From positions 186,001-250,000 of the forward strand of contig JAUGWO010000062.1 in assembly GCA_049724395.1 (NCBI GenBank): a stretch of DNA of 64,000 nucleotides. The letters are read 5' to 3'. A program made the translations under genes and the position numbers. The notes beneath the pieces are model-generated. The model was not told where the DNA came from, searched no databases, and worked only from the letters and a program-made list of their open reading frames with translations. The DNA comes from Spongospora subterranea f. sp. subterranea (Eukaryota). Of this stretch, positions 23,640-39,301 are shown piece after piece (the stretch's first letter is position 1; each line of letters starts with the position of its first letter).

Positions 23640-26600
23640 TCAGGTCGATATCAGAATGATGGAATTCACTGCTGTAACGTTGAAGCCATAGCCACGCTGA
23701 CTGGCTATGTTTCTACAGTCGCGCGGTAGTTCATATCTGTCATGTACTTTATTTGCCACTGATCGGTTCAAAACAATTGTGCGCTCAAATTGGGCAGCGA
23801 AACGAGGCGGTATCAGAACTTGCAATTTACTGAATTATAGCTCGGAATGCATCCGCCAGATCTGCATCGTCAACATACCTTACTCCATCAATATTAAATA
23901 GTTTTTGAATGGACAAGGCAGATTTGGCTGTCTTAGGTAACGGTGATTGCTCGCTGACTGCAGCGTTAACACAAATATTGAGTGCCGTCCTGATTGATAA
24001 CAGTATTGACTCGAACGCCTTATCAACATCACACTCCGAATTCCCCTGTGATGGTTAAGTACTCAGGTCTACACAGGCTATCTATGGTGAACCAACCTCC
24101 TTGGCAAGCTCCAAATTCGTTGAACCAGCCAGATCATAGACCTGACCGACATCATATTGGTTACAAGTGATACGTTTAACTATGTCGCAGCACGCTATCG
24201 TCAGGTCAATACGCCCAACGCTGACCGATGACCGAATCCAACAAAAACAAATCGCAGATGCCTCCAGAGATTCCGAAAATGATTTCAGCAGAGTGTCGTC
24301 AATCTAAGAAGAAACAGATCAGGTTAAGAAGGTGTAATTGATGAAGCTGGAGCTACTGACCTTAGGAATGCAACATCTTGTGCGATATGTTGGAAGATAT
24401 TCCCTCAGAAAAGAATGCAATATCTGCATATATCGTGATCTGGTGCGATTCTCGCGATATGCTGTACACTCCTGATTTCTGAGAACTAGTAGAGTTTGAA
24501 CTACGTCCAACGTAGTCGGCTGCTCACCGTTAACTGGTTGATGCATCAAGAAAGAAGTTCCAAGTACCTTTTGAATTTCTTTTCTCACACTTTCCAGCAT
24601 CGAATCATCGATCTCCCGACACTGACGTCTTGATTCGATGTTGAACTCTATTGCCGATTCCCGAATATATCGCAATAATGCCGGATCCAACTTATCAACA
24701 GGTGTCACTATATCCCCCATCTAGGAAGCCATCATTAATTAGGTCCCAGTTGGAAGCATGATTACTAAAGGTTTTACTTCGAACATTTCCTGGTAGAGAA
24801 CCACCTCACTGTCTGAAACAGTTCCTGCCATCATCAATATACGACAAACCGATGATGGACTGGAAAATTGTCGTGACAATGCAATCAGGGAAGGGACTAA
24901 TCGCCTGCGATACGAGTCAGCTGGACGCGAAATGCAGGTTTTGGTTACTGCAAACCTAGGATTATGATCTGTATCGATGACGATATTAATCGCTTCAACA
25001 GCTATGCCAACAGCGGGAACGGAAGACAATTCTACTTGAAGAGAAAGAACCTGAGAAAATTGAAAGATGACCATTCATAGTGATACAACACTTTTGATTA
25101 GACCGGAACCTGCCAATCGAGAAAGGAATCGGGTGATGGTAACAGTGTTCGATAACGAGTTGCCATACTAGCCGATAATCGTGCGGAAGATAAATCTCCC
25201 ATTCTTCGATGAACTTCAGCAATGTATACATGAACTTGTACTAAACAGCGAATAACAGGACTATATCGGTTGATTCGAGACGATAACCGCAACATATCTG
25301 CTTTGTCCTCTAATGCACATAGAGCTGTTTGCAAATGACTCAATGCTCGTGTTCGATCTGACGGACCTATTGAGAAGACAAACCTGGTTAAACTGACTAT
25401 ATATTCAACGGATGAAAACCAAGCATAAAAAGATAAAAAATAACCGAATTTTTAGTTGAAAAAAATTTGTACTCACTGTCATGAGATAAAAGCATTGACG
25501 ATAACAGTAGCAGGGCATCATTTTGTTCAAACATGTCATCTTCCGCGACAATTGACTCGATGTTCTGAATCGCGTGATCCAAGTCTTTTTCCCACGAGGA
25601 CAATTCTTCTAACAACATTTTCGACCTGTTCCGAACTCGTTTTTCATTGAATCGAGGACTCGTATCGATAATGGACTGTAGTACAGTTGTAGCGTGTTGA
25701 TATTTTCCTAGCCCTATGAGCGCATCAGCTTGCAACGATCGGCACTTGAACCACATAGGAGGTGATGGATTTTGAGATAGGGTTTGAAGGCAATTTGCAT
25801 TGCAGTCCTGGTATAGTCCCAGATCATAATACCATCGAGCTAATATTAACCTAGATTCAATATCTAAAATAAGAAGGATCAGGAATGTAATTGAGAAGAA
25901 CCCTTGTGACCTCACTATTGGGCATTTTTTCAGCCAATGACTTAATTTTGTCAGTTTGCTTGTAAGAGACAGGCCCTTGATTTCCGATCCATGATAACAA
26001 ACCCATATACGCTGTTTTGATGATATCCAAGGCATTTTCAGGTATATCCAGAGATTCAACAGCCTGAATGCATGATGCATTATCGGTTAAGATCGCCTCA
26101 TTATTCCAAATAGGATAGGAGAGTGAAGACGATGACGATGTTGACCCAATTCTCCAATACACATCTGATGAAGCAATCGGAGTTCTGATAAGTCGAATGA
26201 TAATGTCTATTGCTTCAGAGAGTTCGCCTAATGCCAGGCATACCTGAGCCTATCAAAGGATTAGCACATCATCGTCTAGTCTCTTGTGATAAACCTTCAA
26301 AACCAAGGCTGTAGCAGTCAATGTATAGTTGCAACGGCAGGCGTCCAAAAGGACGGTAAGAGGAGCCAGGGCGTATAATGGATTGTTATCATATAACACT
26401 TGATGAACTGCGAACGTGAATGTCTTGATGTAGTCCGACATGTGGAGCCGATCAGGTGTATGGACTAGATCAAGACCGGGGAATATCTAACATTGGTTGA
26501 TTTAGAAGCGATGTGATTTATCGATATTCAAGAGACATACAGGATTAGGGGATTGGCTCGTCAGAACGAGGTCAATTAACTGATGAGCGTTGATGGAGCT

Positions 26601-29600
26601 GATAGATATGAGACAAAGCGCCAAAACACAGCATATCTGTGCAGTTAAGACATTAAAACCGTGATTGAAACGACTGTCCGGATCATGTAAAACCTCTGCC
26701 GATCTGCTTTTTATCGACATATCAGTTCCGGAAATGCTGATTCGGTAGTGAGATATTGACCCATAAATACAATTCCAGAAGCCTATACGGCTTAGGATTG
26801 CTCTGCAATCGTTGGGATGCATGCGAGCAGTAATTGATAGTGACTCCAATACTAGGCCCCTATACTTTTGCATGTAAAAACCCAAATATAGTTGAGTAAC
26901 TGTCGAATAGCTACCATGTGCGACGTGCTGACTCAAAACGTCTCAAATAACTTAATATATTACCAAGATCCAGCAGCGATCGGGATAATATTATTGATTC
27001 TTGCTTAGACCGCGCCAACTCAACGACTTTCTCATATTGCCCGATTACCAACTCCATTTCGTTATGATGATTGTCGGGGTTGTTATCCTTCAAATTACTA
27101 TCCCTAAACTGTTCCATCGCCGTAAAAAACTGGTGTCTGACATGATCTAGCCTTTTCAGGCATAAACTCCGATCTCGTTCCACTTCATCGAGCTTATTTT
27201 TGAACCTCTTCAACCTGGTCTCATCACCATTCAATCTCTTTTTGGCATTATCACAGACGTTTTGTAACTCCATCCTAATACGTTCATGAGACTCCACCAA
27301 CACCGACAACCTGTCAATATTGTTACAAGGTGAACCAGATCACCTCGAACCTCTTACTTATCATCCTCCTCTTTTTTTCCAAGACGACTCCTCTTTAGAG
27401 CTCGACGTTTAGCACTCTCCTGTCGATGTTGCTCGATGGAGGCATCTGCTTGCTGTAGCTCAAGCATTGCCTGGCCATGGAGTGCTTTTGCCTGATTGTA
27501 AAGCTGTGTCTGGGCGAAAATTGTATAATGCATGTGGTGGACCGTAAAGTAATACTACAAAACAGATAAGCAAATTGGTGAACAATCGTGAGCACCGACT
27601 TTGACCACAGTTACTAACCTGAGTGTTACTGTCAAATCTATCACACATATCTACTAAAGTTTGCCATGAACGGGAATAAAACAGCGTCCATATGGTCCAT
27701 TGAAATATGATATATATCAAATTAAGATCAAGATCTGGAATGGGTATAAACCATAGCCAATACAGCCATTCATCTTGAGCAATTAGGTCGTGACAAGACG
27801 AATATCGCAAGCCATATGATAGATGAATGGGATGGCGTCGAATCAAATCAGCCTGAACAACATCGTTTTGATGATGAGTTTTGAACCATTCTATCATGCT
27901 TAGAACATGATCCATGATCGATGATAACATTGGAGAAAGGTTCGAAATACGTTGGGGACTGTGGTTATGTTGTATGATCGCATTAGCCACGATTCGCAAT
28001 GTTTGCTGTAATTGCGTCCATGATTCCGACTTATACGCCAAATCAACTGATGAACTTATTGCATTCCAGAAATCAAGCCCTGCTTACTTTGTGAGACCAT
28101 AGAGTAACGATATGTATCTGATTGAGGAACATACCGATAATTGGCGAGGAACCCAATGGTGATGCTTTGTCTAAATCCGCAACGAACTGTGACAAGTCGA
28201 TGTGACGATAAGATTCCCATTCCCACCCTAAAAGGGAAGTTGGTGAAGAAGGCGGTTCTCGTGAACACCATATGCACAAAGCTTGGATCATAGCTGATGT
28301 GGAATATATTGATAATTTATCGCTTGGACCTGTGAGATCCCCTGGAGCTGGTTTAGGGATCCATTCCAACGCCAGATTGACCTGACCACCATGCAAAGCC
28401 TTTTCACATAGCAAAACTCGTACAATAAGCGGGAAGTCGGACACGGATTTAATCGATGATAAATCGGTTTGCTGGAGAAGTCGAAGTTGATCAGGATTTG
28501 TATCGGTTTCAGTTGGAATAGGGAGCATATCTTTGAACAGCGACGACCGTGATAATACAGAGTAAAGAGCCTTGGATTCAGCAGTTTTCAAAGAGAAAAT
28601 GATGCTGAGTTGGGATTTGTCAAGAAACATATTGGATTGGCGATATTGATCATATATCAAGTAAATAGCATAGGATAATCGCGGGATTATTGACAGAATT
28701 GCCTGGGTGAAATGTTGCTTATCCACCTGTATTAATGGTAAATTCTATGAAGTTCAGTTTGATAAACAAGTATACCAACCTGTAGTATGTATTGGAGAGT
28801 AGGAATGGATATAGATAACGACGATGGTAGATGCAATATTGGACAAAGAATTCTGTAGATAAGCAAACAAGTTTCCAGAGTCTGATGAACATCGTTGATT
28901 GATGATGAAGCTACTATGGACAAAAGAAGATACTGGGCCTGCCCCAACAGGTATTCTTCACCGTGATCAATAGGCTTGACATGTACTGACGGTCTGCAAA
29001 GGGATCTCGTTAAAAATTGAAGTAGAGCAAAAATGACGTACTACTTGGACAATATAGCTGGTATCGGATGAGTAGAGGATATTACATGCGCTGCGACCGA
29101 TACAGCTCTTACGAATTGTGCAGGCGATCGCGATAGAGCGTGTTGATCCCAAATTCGGAATGGGATGTGATCATGATATGATGGAGTGTATTGAGTCCCC
29201 ACACTCTGCACACATACAACAGGAACATCACATTAGTAACATAGCAACCATGTTACTCTATGATAGATGATACAGCAGGCATCATGATGAATGTATCAGT
29301 GATGTAACTGGGGACGGTCCACAGTGAAAAACGGCAACGTAAACATGCATAACAGTGGTGATACAGTGAGTGGCGGGTTGGCGATACACGAGTACTGTAC
29401 GGTTCACGAAGCTATATAGCGCCTAACTCATGATGAGATTACCTCAAATGATATTTCCCTAATTGCACGATGAGCAGCGAACCGAGCAATATCTTTGACG
29501 CCGAGCTGAAAGGCAGCTTGGCTCAGATATGCCCAGCAAAGAGGAGCTGGAATAGGGAACGAAGAAGTATATGGATGCGACACAGGGCCCATATGCGATC

Positions 29601-32600
29601 TGAATCCACAAACGTCAGGTCAATGTTTGATACAGTGACCGTTATTACGATGGGCCTGGACGAAGAGCAAATACATAGGATGTGTTGGGGCTTAGTCCTG
29701 ATATAATAACTGGCTGGTGAATCTGGCCAGGTTCCAGGTCGATTCCTAACCCCTTCAACTGAACATCACTGGTGGTGACATTGACTCCATATTTGATGTC
29801 CTTCCCATATATTCGCCATCCAACACCTATATCGATGCTCTCACTACCGATATATAACCCGATAGAACTTCTTGTAATCCAGGCCAAGCGGAGGGCTTGC
29901 TCCCCCTCTTTGTGCGAGGTTGCCTCAGTTGCTGAAATGGCCTCATCATGCTCTAGCAATAATGTTTGAGCTCGAGCGAGCCGAGTTATCGACTACATTT
30001 AGACCCAATAAGAAACCCATCATCTGTGCAATTACAATGGCACCTTATCTGACTTATTTACGGTGCTTAACTGTATCCAGAATAAAGATTTTGATAGCCG
30101 ATCCTGGCCAATTTCGTCTATAACAGACCTAAGGAACAGAGGCCCGGACGCGATTTTCGCTCGATATAACGCCATCAACAAGTCAGCATGAAGACATGTA
30201 ATTGTGTTGTGATAAGAATCGGGTTGACCAGGCCCATTATTTGCCAATAAATCAACCCGCAACGAATGGCTAGGAATCAGGTGAGAGCATCTAGAAGATC
30301 GATATTCATATACAATATGAAGAGCCCCCGATATGATCTTGATAAGGATGTCAAAAGACATAGGACGGCACGCCTTTGCCAAACAATCAACTTATTATGC
30401 ATCTAAGTGTCACACGGATTTGAATGTCCAACAATACCAGTTCTAACGCCATTTGAGATATGAGCATGGGATCATCCGGAGATGATTTGATCCATATTAG
30501 GAATATATTGACGAATACAGAACACGACTCCGGTGAAGGATCAGATGGATGTGATCCTATCTGTAATAAAAAGATTCTGCTGAGACATGATACGAGCTGG
30601 GGGATCGTTGAATGGACCTGTTTATCTGGTATTGGCTGATATAACATACGAGATATGTATCCCCGATAGATCATGACAAATGCCCGATTAGCGAGATCAG
30701 GATATGGGAGGTCGCCTAACGATAATAAATCCCCAGTGACACTCTTCAGCTACAGCACAATTATTAACAACAAAGTCAAAAAGCATAATGGCAGTAGTTA
30801 AAATATTACCTTCTCTTCCCAGACGCTATCAACATTAGCAATGGTCAAAGCCAATATTGAAAGCTGAGATAGAAGTAGCATTGGTTTAACGGCTGCAATG
30901 CTTCGATTTGGGATAAGAGAGATAATATCACTCAATGCCTTATGGCGGCCCCAAACAACACACAACCTTAGAAGGGATTGGTATATCCAACATTCACCAT
31001 CTACGAAATTGCCATTCAAAATACTGTAATTGAGTGGTAAATGAAAATGGCCAGAACCTGAATCAGATGTGAATTCACCAACCGCAGAGGGATTGGTTCC
31101 ATCGCTCGCGCCGTTGCACGATTTTATCTGATCCATGTATTGACTCCACTGGGATACAAGTTGAAAATGGCTTCACGACACATACCAGGATAATGGCGTA
31201 TTCTAACGCATTGGTGATTTTATCTTCATGTGTTGATTGATAATTTAGATCTGGCAAAGGAATCGCTGCCATAGTTGAAATAACTGCACGAAGCTTGCCA
31301 GACGTCGATTGATAATTTCCTTTTTCAATAGCTTCATTGATTTTGGCCTGGTCCGTTGCATACTTCATCGTGAGTTCAATCTTGCTGATACGAGATCTAG
31401 CTGATACAATGATGGTCCGAATTGATAATGGTATAGGAAGATCGGCTTCAAGCCACAGCTGTAATTCATTGACCTGTATTGCCTCTTTGTCAGAAGATTT
31501 CATGTGCTAAAAGTGGCCTCACAATGACATTACTTTTTTGAGTGCCCTTTCTATAACGGCAGAAATGGCCTGAAAGTCGTTGAGCTGGAAGAAGGCAGAT
31601 GCGACAGAAGAATAGAGTGTGATTCTCCATGAGAGATACGTTGGTGAGCATAAAGGGAGGCATGTCTCCATTGCCAAAATGCACCAATTGATGTATGGGA
31701 TAACATCACGAGTATGACCCTGGAGCAATAATATCTGGCTCATATTGTGTAGATGGATAGATCCATTATGAATTATCCAACATAACGACTCGGAATCGTC
31801 CTCCTTCAGCACACGACCCATGTCAGTCTGATCAATAATTTCAGCAACACTGCTGGCAATAATCCTAGCAACAAAGGCACCTGGATCATGTCCATAGCTT
31901 TAACGGCCTTGTCGACGCTGCTGCGATAGAGAAGTTTAGGGTCCTGTATCATAGTTGTCTTGAACGCACATTGAGCCCGCCCGAAATACGCCTGGGATTT
32001 GATTGAAGATGATTCGCTTCCAGGGTCATTTGGAGCTTGGGTTAATGGTTGAAAGCAAACACCATCAGCGACGTCATTCTATGATATAGGGACCATTAAC
32101 CAGCGATATGTCATCGCGATATGGCACTAACCTGATTTACATTAAGCAGGAGATGGCCACAATGTATCAGTAATCTGGAAATGACCAGCTCTGGTAAAAG
32201 CCCATAGAGCTTGGCAACCTCTGATCGTAGTTGATTATGTAATTGAATTTCGGATGTACATTTGATAGATATTGAATCAGATGGCTTAATTGCATCGCCC
32301 CTTTTGTCTGCAGCTGTTTGTGATAATAGTTTGCTAAATCGATGGGTGAATGCTTTCAATGCACGGCTATTTGCCAATCCAAGCTGGACTCCTTCACATA
32401 TGGAATCGACATCAATCATTCCACGTTGACGTACTCAGGACAGGCGATATGGACAAGGTGGCAATGGCCTGTGATGTGCATACTGATACTGCTCCCATGG
32501 AAAATACTCTATACCGCTTCAACCTTCATCTTAACCGTCTCTTGTTATTGAAAACTGCTGATTGGATTATGTAACACAATCCAATCATCAAAGAACATGT
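23640..32600 (-). CDS. CFAP54: Cilia- and flagella-associated protein 54-like, very large multi-exon gene
   Basis: LCWIIHNGSIHL..WCILAMETCLPL..YLSWRITLY matches the CFAP54 N-terminal domain, and ISGLSPNTSYVFA is also characteristic. About 9 kb of continuous minus-strand helical exons; ends approximate. Confidence 0.75.
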
Positions 32601-32779
32601 TAGTGTTAGGAGGACTCTCCGAATAATGTTGTTATTTAAATTTACCGGCTCTCATCTCTCGGATGGATACATGTGCTACGACTAAGCTATAGCTCAAAAC
32701 TCTGGAGAACACGCTAAAAGAAGATTCTAGATAGAATTTCATCTACTTGCACCATCAATCCATGACGTAATAACATTTA

Positions 32780-34876
32780 CTAATCATCATCAAAATAATC
32801 GCCAGCAGGTTCATTATCGTCATCATATTCTTCATGAACGAGGTCTGTATCGTGCTCGTCGTTGTCCACAAAATCATTATCATCAATGAAATCTTCATCG
32901 GCCGCAACATCATGAGGTGCCACATCTAGAGAAGTTTTCATTAGCAACGTTGCTGCGGCAAAAATACATGCATGTTAACCGACCAGCAGAACTAGATGGA
33001 TTACTCGTATTATCGGTCAATGATGATGGATCGAAGAGATTTTTTAAGACATCATAATTAATTTTAGATGATACCCTATTATTGGACAACGCGTTCATTG
33101 TGGCTTCTGCTGGTGTTTTCGCACCTTCCTAAGGATTTTCAATGAAAAATACTCAGCATGAATTGTTTTTCGGCAGAGTTCGCTACTCACAGCTGCCTTG
33201 GCTTTCCTCTTTCTACGCTTAATGGATTCTGGTTCAATACCCATCGCGATCTGATCTTCTTCCCATTTCCTCTTGATTTCCTGCAGATTAATTCTCAGTA
33301 TCGTCTTCGTGAAGATTGCAGCATCAAAGTAGTTGTTACCTGTTCTTGTAGATATTCTCTGTTAATATCAAGCCATATTCTTTCTTTGCATTCTTGTTCG
33401 GCATGTGAGAGAACCATGCGAGAAACTTCTTCATCGTCCGAAGAATCCGAAATACTTTCTTCGGTCACAGTCTTGCCGTTCTCATCCACAGTAACTGTTA
33501 CTGACCCATCGTTTCCATCAGTGTTCGGATCTGTCTGGTTCTCAAGACCAACTCCCCGAGTTGACAAAGGGGCTGGGACCCCACCTGATGCCTAACATAT
33601 TGATTACCAAAGCGAAATAGAAAATATTCAGTAAGACATACAGCTACTGGCGGGGGAGGCTGCGGACACTTGGACTTTGAAGTCATGCAACCTGGGCTGA
33701 ACTCATTCTCAAGGTTTCGCATTTCTGATGAATTCAACGCTTCGTCCATTTCATCATCGATATCCTTCTGTACATCTTTTTCCAATTCCAATTCCTCTTC
33801 ACCAATAGCAGCGCATGCATCTTGTGCATCCTTTTTGAAACATGGAGGGTCCATTTCCTCAGCAAAATCATCAGCGGATACGTTGAATTCAGCGACTGTT
33901 TGCTCAGACGAAGGGGTCTCAATAAATTCCATAACTCGCTTCCTTAACGTCGCTTCGCATATTTTTACCACCCTTCCGACTTCCTTTTGTGATCGTCGAA
34001 AGCCATGAAGCCGGGCTGCGATAATTAGTGACGCCCCGCAGATACCAGCAGGTCGTCGTCCTAGACAAAGCTCATTCGAACACCGCGAAGCGATCTAGTA
34101 CAAATCAACGTACCAATTGACATCCAATCTCGGCACATTCTGGACACAAGTCTAAGTGCTGTCATTGCTACCAGGTGCGTCTTATCTTCGAATTCCAGAC
34201 GCGATGCGAATCGATGTACAAATAACGACGGATCGATGATCGGCATGGAAATATTTAACACCCTTATGAATTTCATGAATGTTTTGCCTAAGAGGATAAT
34301 GGGAAAACGACGATTGTTCGGAAAATCAACAGTACCCAAAATATAGACATTCGCTTGAAGAACGTCGGAAAAATCAATAAGCAAATGCTGAGTTTTCTCC
34401 CGTCTACATACTATATAAAGGCATGCAGCAACAACATGATCCGTTTTCCGCCCTTGAATGAAGTTGTGCTGGACAGCGAGCATGAAGAGCCTATGGGCTG
34501 CATCTATATGATGACGAGTCATCTGCAGCGACATGGCAATCTATTGGCCGACCAAGTTATTGGTTGGTTATTTGTGGAATTTGATTGAACTTCCGACCTG
34601 TTGAATCTTAACACGGCCTCGAGATAATGTCACCTCACGTGATTCTGTGCCAAACATAAGACTCGATCCTTGCTGCCTAGCTCCAGCTCCAAGCTGTGTC
34701 GAGCCATTAGCCGGCACGAACTGACCAACCATCGAGTTGCTTCCGGCGGCATCTTGCACGAATCCCAACTCGGTCACGATCTGGTTTTCAGATAAAACAG
34801 CACCACATGACATGCATGTTGAATCACCACGACTATGATTATATTCGATATCGGTTCCACCACATTTACACGACAT
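32780..34876 (-). CDS. BRF1: Transcription factor IIIB subunit BRF1
   Basis: Zn ribbon CKCG..CMSCG; cyclin repeats (NFIQGRK..VAACLYIVCRREK, IDPSLFVHRF, MCRDWM..GRRPAGICGA); W..INREYL; SSKINYDVL; acidic tail. Confidence 0.93.
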
Positions 34877-35930
34877 AATGTCGTTACAGCAGCCTAACGC
34901 TACTGTATACCTCTTATCTATCGATAGCCGCTAGTCCAGCCTGTCAATGAAAAAAATAGGAATCCTGGCTCAGTTTTCCCAAACGCGGGTCAATCATGCG
35001 CAGTTAATAGGCCGCCCCTGAAATTATGGCGATAAAGGACCGTGCTGTGGCCATATCTCTTTTCGGACAGAGTAGTTCGCGCCTTGTTCAGGTCATGGCA
35101 GCAGTTTACGACACTATACCGATGAAGATAGCAAAACCCAGTACTATTTCTCCCATTTATTGCCACGAATTCGTTGGGTTCAGTTTCCCACCTCCAATAT
35201 CCAAAAAAACGTGTATTTTTGCGGGATCAGTGCACTTGAGATTACGCAAACGATTGCATGTTGGATCAGAACAGGCATTTATATTATCTGATAAAAAGTA
35301 ACACATCATTTTGATTTCTTTACGGGTGCGGCAACGGCGACCGGCTGGAATGGAAGCGGATTACGATTATACATTGGCCAATCTGGCAGGCATAACTATA
35401 AAGCGTTGGTTGAGGGCGCATTGATATGTGCATAGTTGGACTAACCACAGCAGATACAGCAGTTCCTCCTAGAACTGTGTAAACCGAATATGATAGTTTC
35501 TGACAGACGAGCCCGATTATGAAACCGATAACCTAAGTTAATCGAATTTTTACACTCATTTGGGGGAATGGGGTATTGTCCTACAGCAGAAAGAAATACG
35601 ACAAACATGCCGACCCTCTCGCAAAAAATTTGCCCTTTCCAATCCTGAACAAACAGAAATTACAGCATGTTAGACGAAAGTGATGCAGCTCACACATCAA
35701 CTTACCATCCTCACTGAATTGCGACCGCAGCTACCCCTGGAATTGAACTATGCAACGGAGCCTAACGACTTTTCAGGCTGGAGTTGTGGTCAATGATGCC
35801 GATTAGTACGAGTAAAGTCCGTCACGTTCTCCAACTGGGGCAAACAGAACGACAACAGTGCCGCCAACTTATATAGGGCCAATGGGTAACGCGCTCAGTC
35901 AAGAGAATTTCAAGGCTTTTTTTATCGAAT

Positions 35931-37115
35931 CTATTTATTTACGGGTGTATCGGAAAGGCGTTCCTCCATATGAACGAAATCTTTTACTGATTCGGCCGAT
36001 GCCGAGAAAACCGGTGCGCTGGGATCAAGCGTCTTGAAATCTAAATCAAGCGGGTTTGACGAAATTGGTTCCAGTCCAACAACCACGATAGATTTCCACG
36101 TTTTGCTGTCTGGACTATCACTCCATTGCAACAGGGCGCCGCTTCCCGAGAGAACTGCCTGTTAAAATCTGAGTTCATTGCTTGTTTATTCAGAATTTCG
36201 ATAATACTCCTTACCTGCTGCAGTTTAAACCATTTTCGATGCTCCGTCTATATTGAACATTGAATCAACTGAAATATCCATGACTGATATGCAGACCTTT
36301 AATGCCTTGGTAAACATCGATCCTGTTCGTATTCGCTTTTTCAGGTAACCCTGAATCATTATTGGATTCTATAAATAAATTGAATACGCATGCGGTCAAA
36401 CAAAAAAGCAATCGACCTCCGGCTTATGGAATTTCAAATTATGTGGACCTAACGATCGATTTTGGACAATGACTTTGTTTGAGCCCACTGTTTTGACTTC
36501 TGCCTCGGTACCTTCTTCCCGATCCTTCGTGCTGTTAAGTACTTCAATTTGCTCCTAATTCAGAAAGGTTATCTGTTTAAGTTCTAACTATCGCGAGCTA
36601 TGGCTTACATTGGTGTTTTTACAAAGGCGTTCGTTTAAGTATGTTTTCTTCAATTTTGCTTCCATTGGCGCCATTAGCGCATTCAGAATTCTAGATCGTT
36701 CACTTGCAAGATATACGACACTATCGGTTTCTGAAGACCATTTGATCTGGAACAGTATTGACGAGTTTACGTCGAACAATATCGTATCGATATTTGATAA
36801 GGATCTAAACGGAAGATTATCATTTCGAACTTTTTACTCAAAGAATATGAGGGACCTTGTTTTGCCTGGTTCGGTCTGATCGTCAAATTGTTGGGTTACT
36901 GTTGCGTCTGTGTTGATTACCCATGCTATGCAGGCATTTGTCATCAAAAGGATGATACTTCCAAATTTGCAGAATACTGAACTGCTAGGTTTAAGGTATC
37001 CTGGACATGGAATAGGTGCCCGCTCCAAGCAGGGTTTGCTATACGAGAATACCCGAAATGCATTTCGAACAGGGTCTGGATGAGCACCGGTAGGTGAGCT
37101 ACCATCTTTTTCCAT
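35931..37115 (-). CDS. Multi-exon hypothetical protein with a possible PH-like C-terminal region
   Basis: Exon chain with GT-AG introns. GYLKKRIRTGSMF and the beta-rich LLQWSD..KSIVV segment resemble PH strands. Confidence 0.45.
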
Positions 37116-37285
37116 TAATGTTGAACGGCAGATTTAACAAGCGTACCTCAGGTCGACATTGTTAAATTATTTCCGATTTGATGTATTACTTAATAACAGG
37201 TTATGTGCATGATCTAGTTATATAAATATATGCAATAGCAACGAGAATTGAGGCAAATCTTTGATTATTCTAGTTTCGATTGATA

Positions 37286-38411
37286 TCATCTACCAGAACC
37301 CGAGAAAACAATGTCGATAACCGATCCCGATGTAACTCCATAATCTTTGAAATGTTGATTAACGTCCAGCACTTCATTATCAAGTAAGGCAACATGAGTT
37401 TCCTTTCGGACACCTCCCCAACAGTTGATTACCCGAAAAATTTGGTCTACCAAACCTTCAGACTCGACAAAAATGGTGACAGGTGGACCAGTTGGGAACT
37501 TGCAGATGAGCTCAATTATGTCATGATTAGGAGCGTTGAACGTATCCGGGGGACTTTGGTTTCGTGTTTCATGTGTCTCCCTTTGCTCATATGGATAGAG
37601 TTGAAAAGCAGCGGGCCATATCGTTGAAGGAATATCTCCAAATACACGATTGTAAAGTGACGTTGTTTGCATATAGCGAATTCTAGAAGAGCTAAAATCG
37701 TCCATATCGGCATCAGGACAGTAATGAATAAAGCGGCCGCAAATAGCTTGGCAGTCCAATGAATACCTGTTCGTGTCTAGAATATGGTGACGCCAGGCGA
37801 GATCTACAAGTGGGGAAGGACGAACACGAGTTACGTGCCAGTCATTGCACCGAATGATCAGCGATAGAAATCGGAAATATTCATAAACAACGTGCAGCGC
37901 CGTCTCAGGATCGATCCCGTCGATCCTTGTAAGCCGATTCACGAGAGTCATGGAGTCCAGAGTCTGAAATGCTTTCTCAAGATGAAAGATATCTTCAGAA
38001 ACGTTGCCAGGTATATTCGTGTTGGGACTATGTCGGAAGGAATCAGTCGATGGCGTAGGAGCTTGTATCGAATGCGAAGTTAAAGAAGCGGTTGGGATGC
38101 AAGGTTGACGGAATGTTTCGTTCCAAACGTCTGGTTGACCAGACATTTTGGGACTGCCTCCTGCTGCTTGGGCCATTTTTAGCAGCTTTTAATAAATCAC
38201 ATGCAGTGACCTGACGAAGTTTTTCTTTGCTTTGGTTATTGGCGCCGGATGCTTGGGCTAACTGTGCGGCGCGCATGAGGGTGACACAGTTTTCGGCAGG
38301 TCGATTCGGGCGCACTATGGGTCGGGAGTTGCCCAGTCTGACCATTTCCTCAAAGTCCTCTTCGTCGCTACTGCTCTCTATGCTAGAAGGAATAGACCTC
38401 GGCGACATGTG
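37286..38411 (-). CDS. GRDP-like (PSxxVDxAWHxH-type) domain protein with C-terminal ubiquitin-like domain
   Basis: EYFRFLSL..PSPLVDLAWRHHILDT..Y..DC..GRFIHY..RY..T..LY..VFG..IWP, then a Ubl-like tail IELICKFPTG..FKDYGVTSGSVIDIV. The main exon is 37286-38176; an upstream exon to ~38411 is plausible. Confidence 0.7.
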
Positions 38412-39301
38412 CCCGTTGTTGAAAGATATCGACGTGATCATCCTGGGATTTTATACACAATGAATGGCATAATCAGGTATCATTATCGTATGGATCAAGG
38501 CGAGGGCCTGTCACTTGTGCCCAGTTGGGGGTGTCAACCTCACTGGCCTGGTAACGATCGTGCAAGTATGTAGTAGCCACTCTATCTCTAGGACTATGGA
38601 CATGCCGGGATCAGTTTCTGTTACCATCTGACTTTGCACCCGGGGGGATGGATCCTGGTCCATTGGTGATCAAATCTGATATTTAGGGTACATGGGCTGT
38701 GACTTCGTGTCACCACCCATCCTCTCGACAAGTCGTACACACCTATGACTGAATTTCTACAGAACCTGTCTGTGGACGTAGACACCTCGAATATGACGTA
38801 AATCACAGTTACATGCATGGGTCCGGGGATAATTCGAACCCATTAAATAATTCATACGATGAAAAATTCTTGGAAGGTCATCCTTGATTACATAAAGTTA
38901 CAAACGTTATGCAATAAAAAATGCCTAAAAACGTAATGTTGAAACTGTTAAATGCCCATACATAACATGTGAGGAACATGACAAAGATTAAGAACGCCTG
39001 GATTCTGATATCCTGTTTTTGATTTGAGTTGTTTTGACTGAAAATTATGTTGCAAAAAAAACTGCTGCCAGTTTAGAACTTCTGCTACCGCAACTCCCTA
39101 ACCGGAGAATAAATTGAAAGTGCAGCATGTCAGCTAAATTCCAGCGATTAAGAAACAGCAAGGTTGAGGCTTAGAATGGGCTACCCCCACTTAGGCTACC
39201 TTGACGGACTTACGTTCACAGTCAAAACCTTGCGGAACTTGCAAAGTGTTAATCGTGATCATATTTGCTGTAATGCAGTTCGAGATCGACACATTTAATC
39301 A

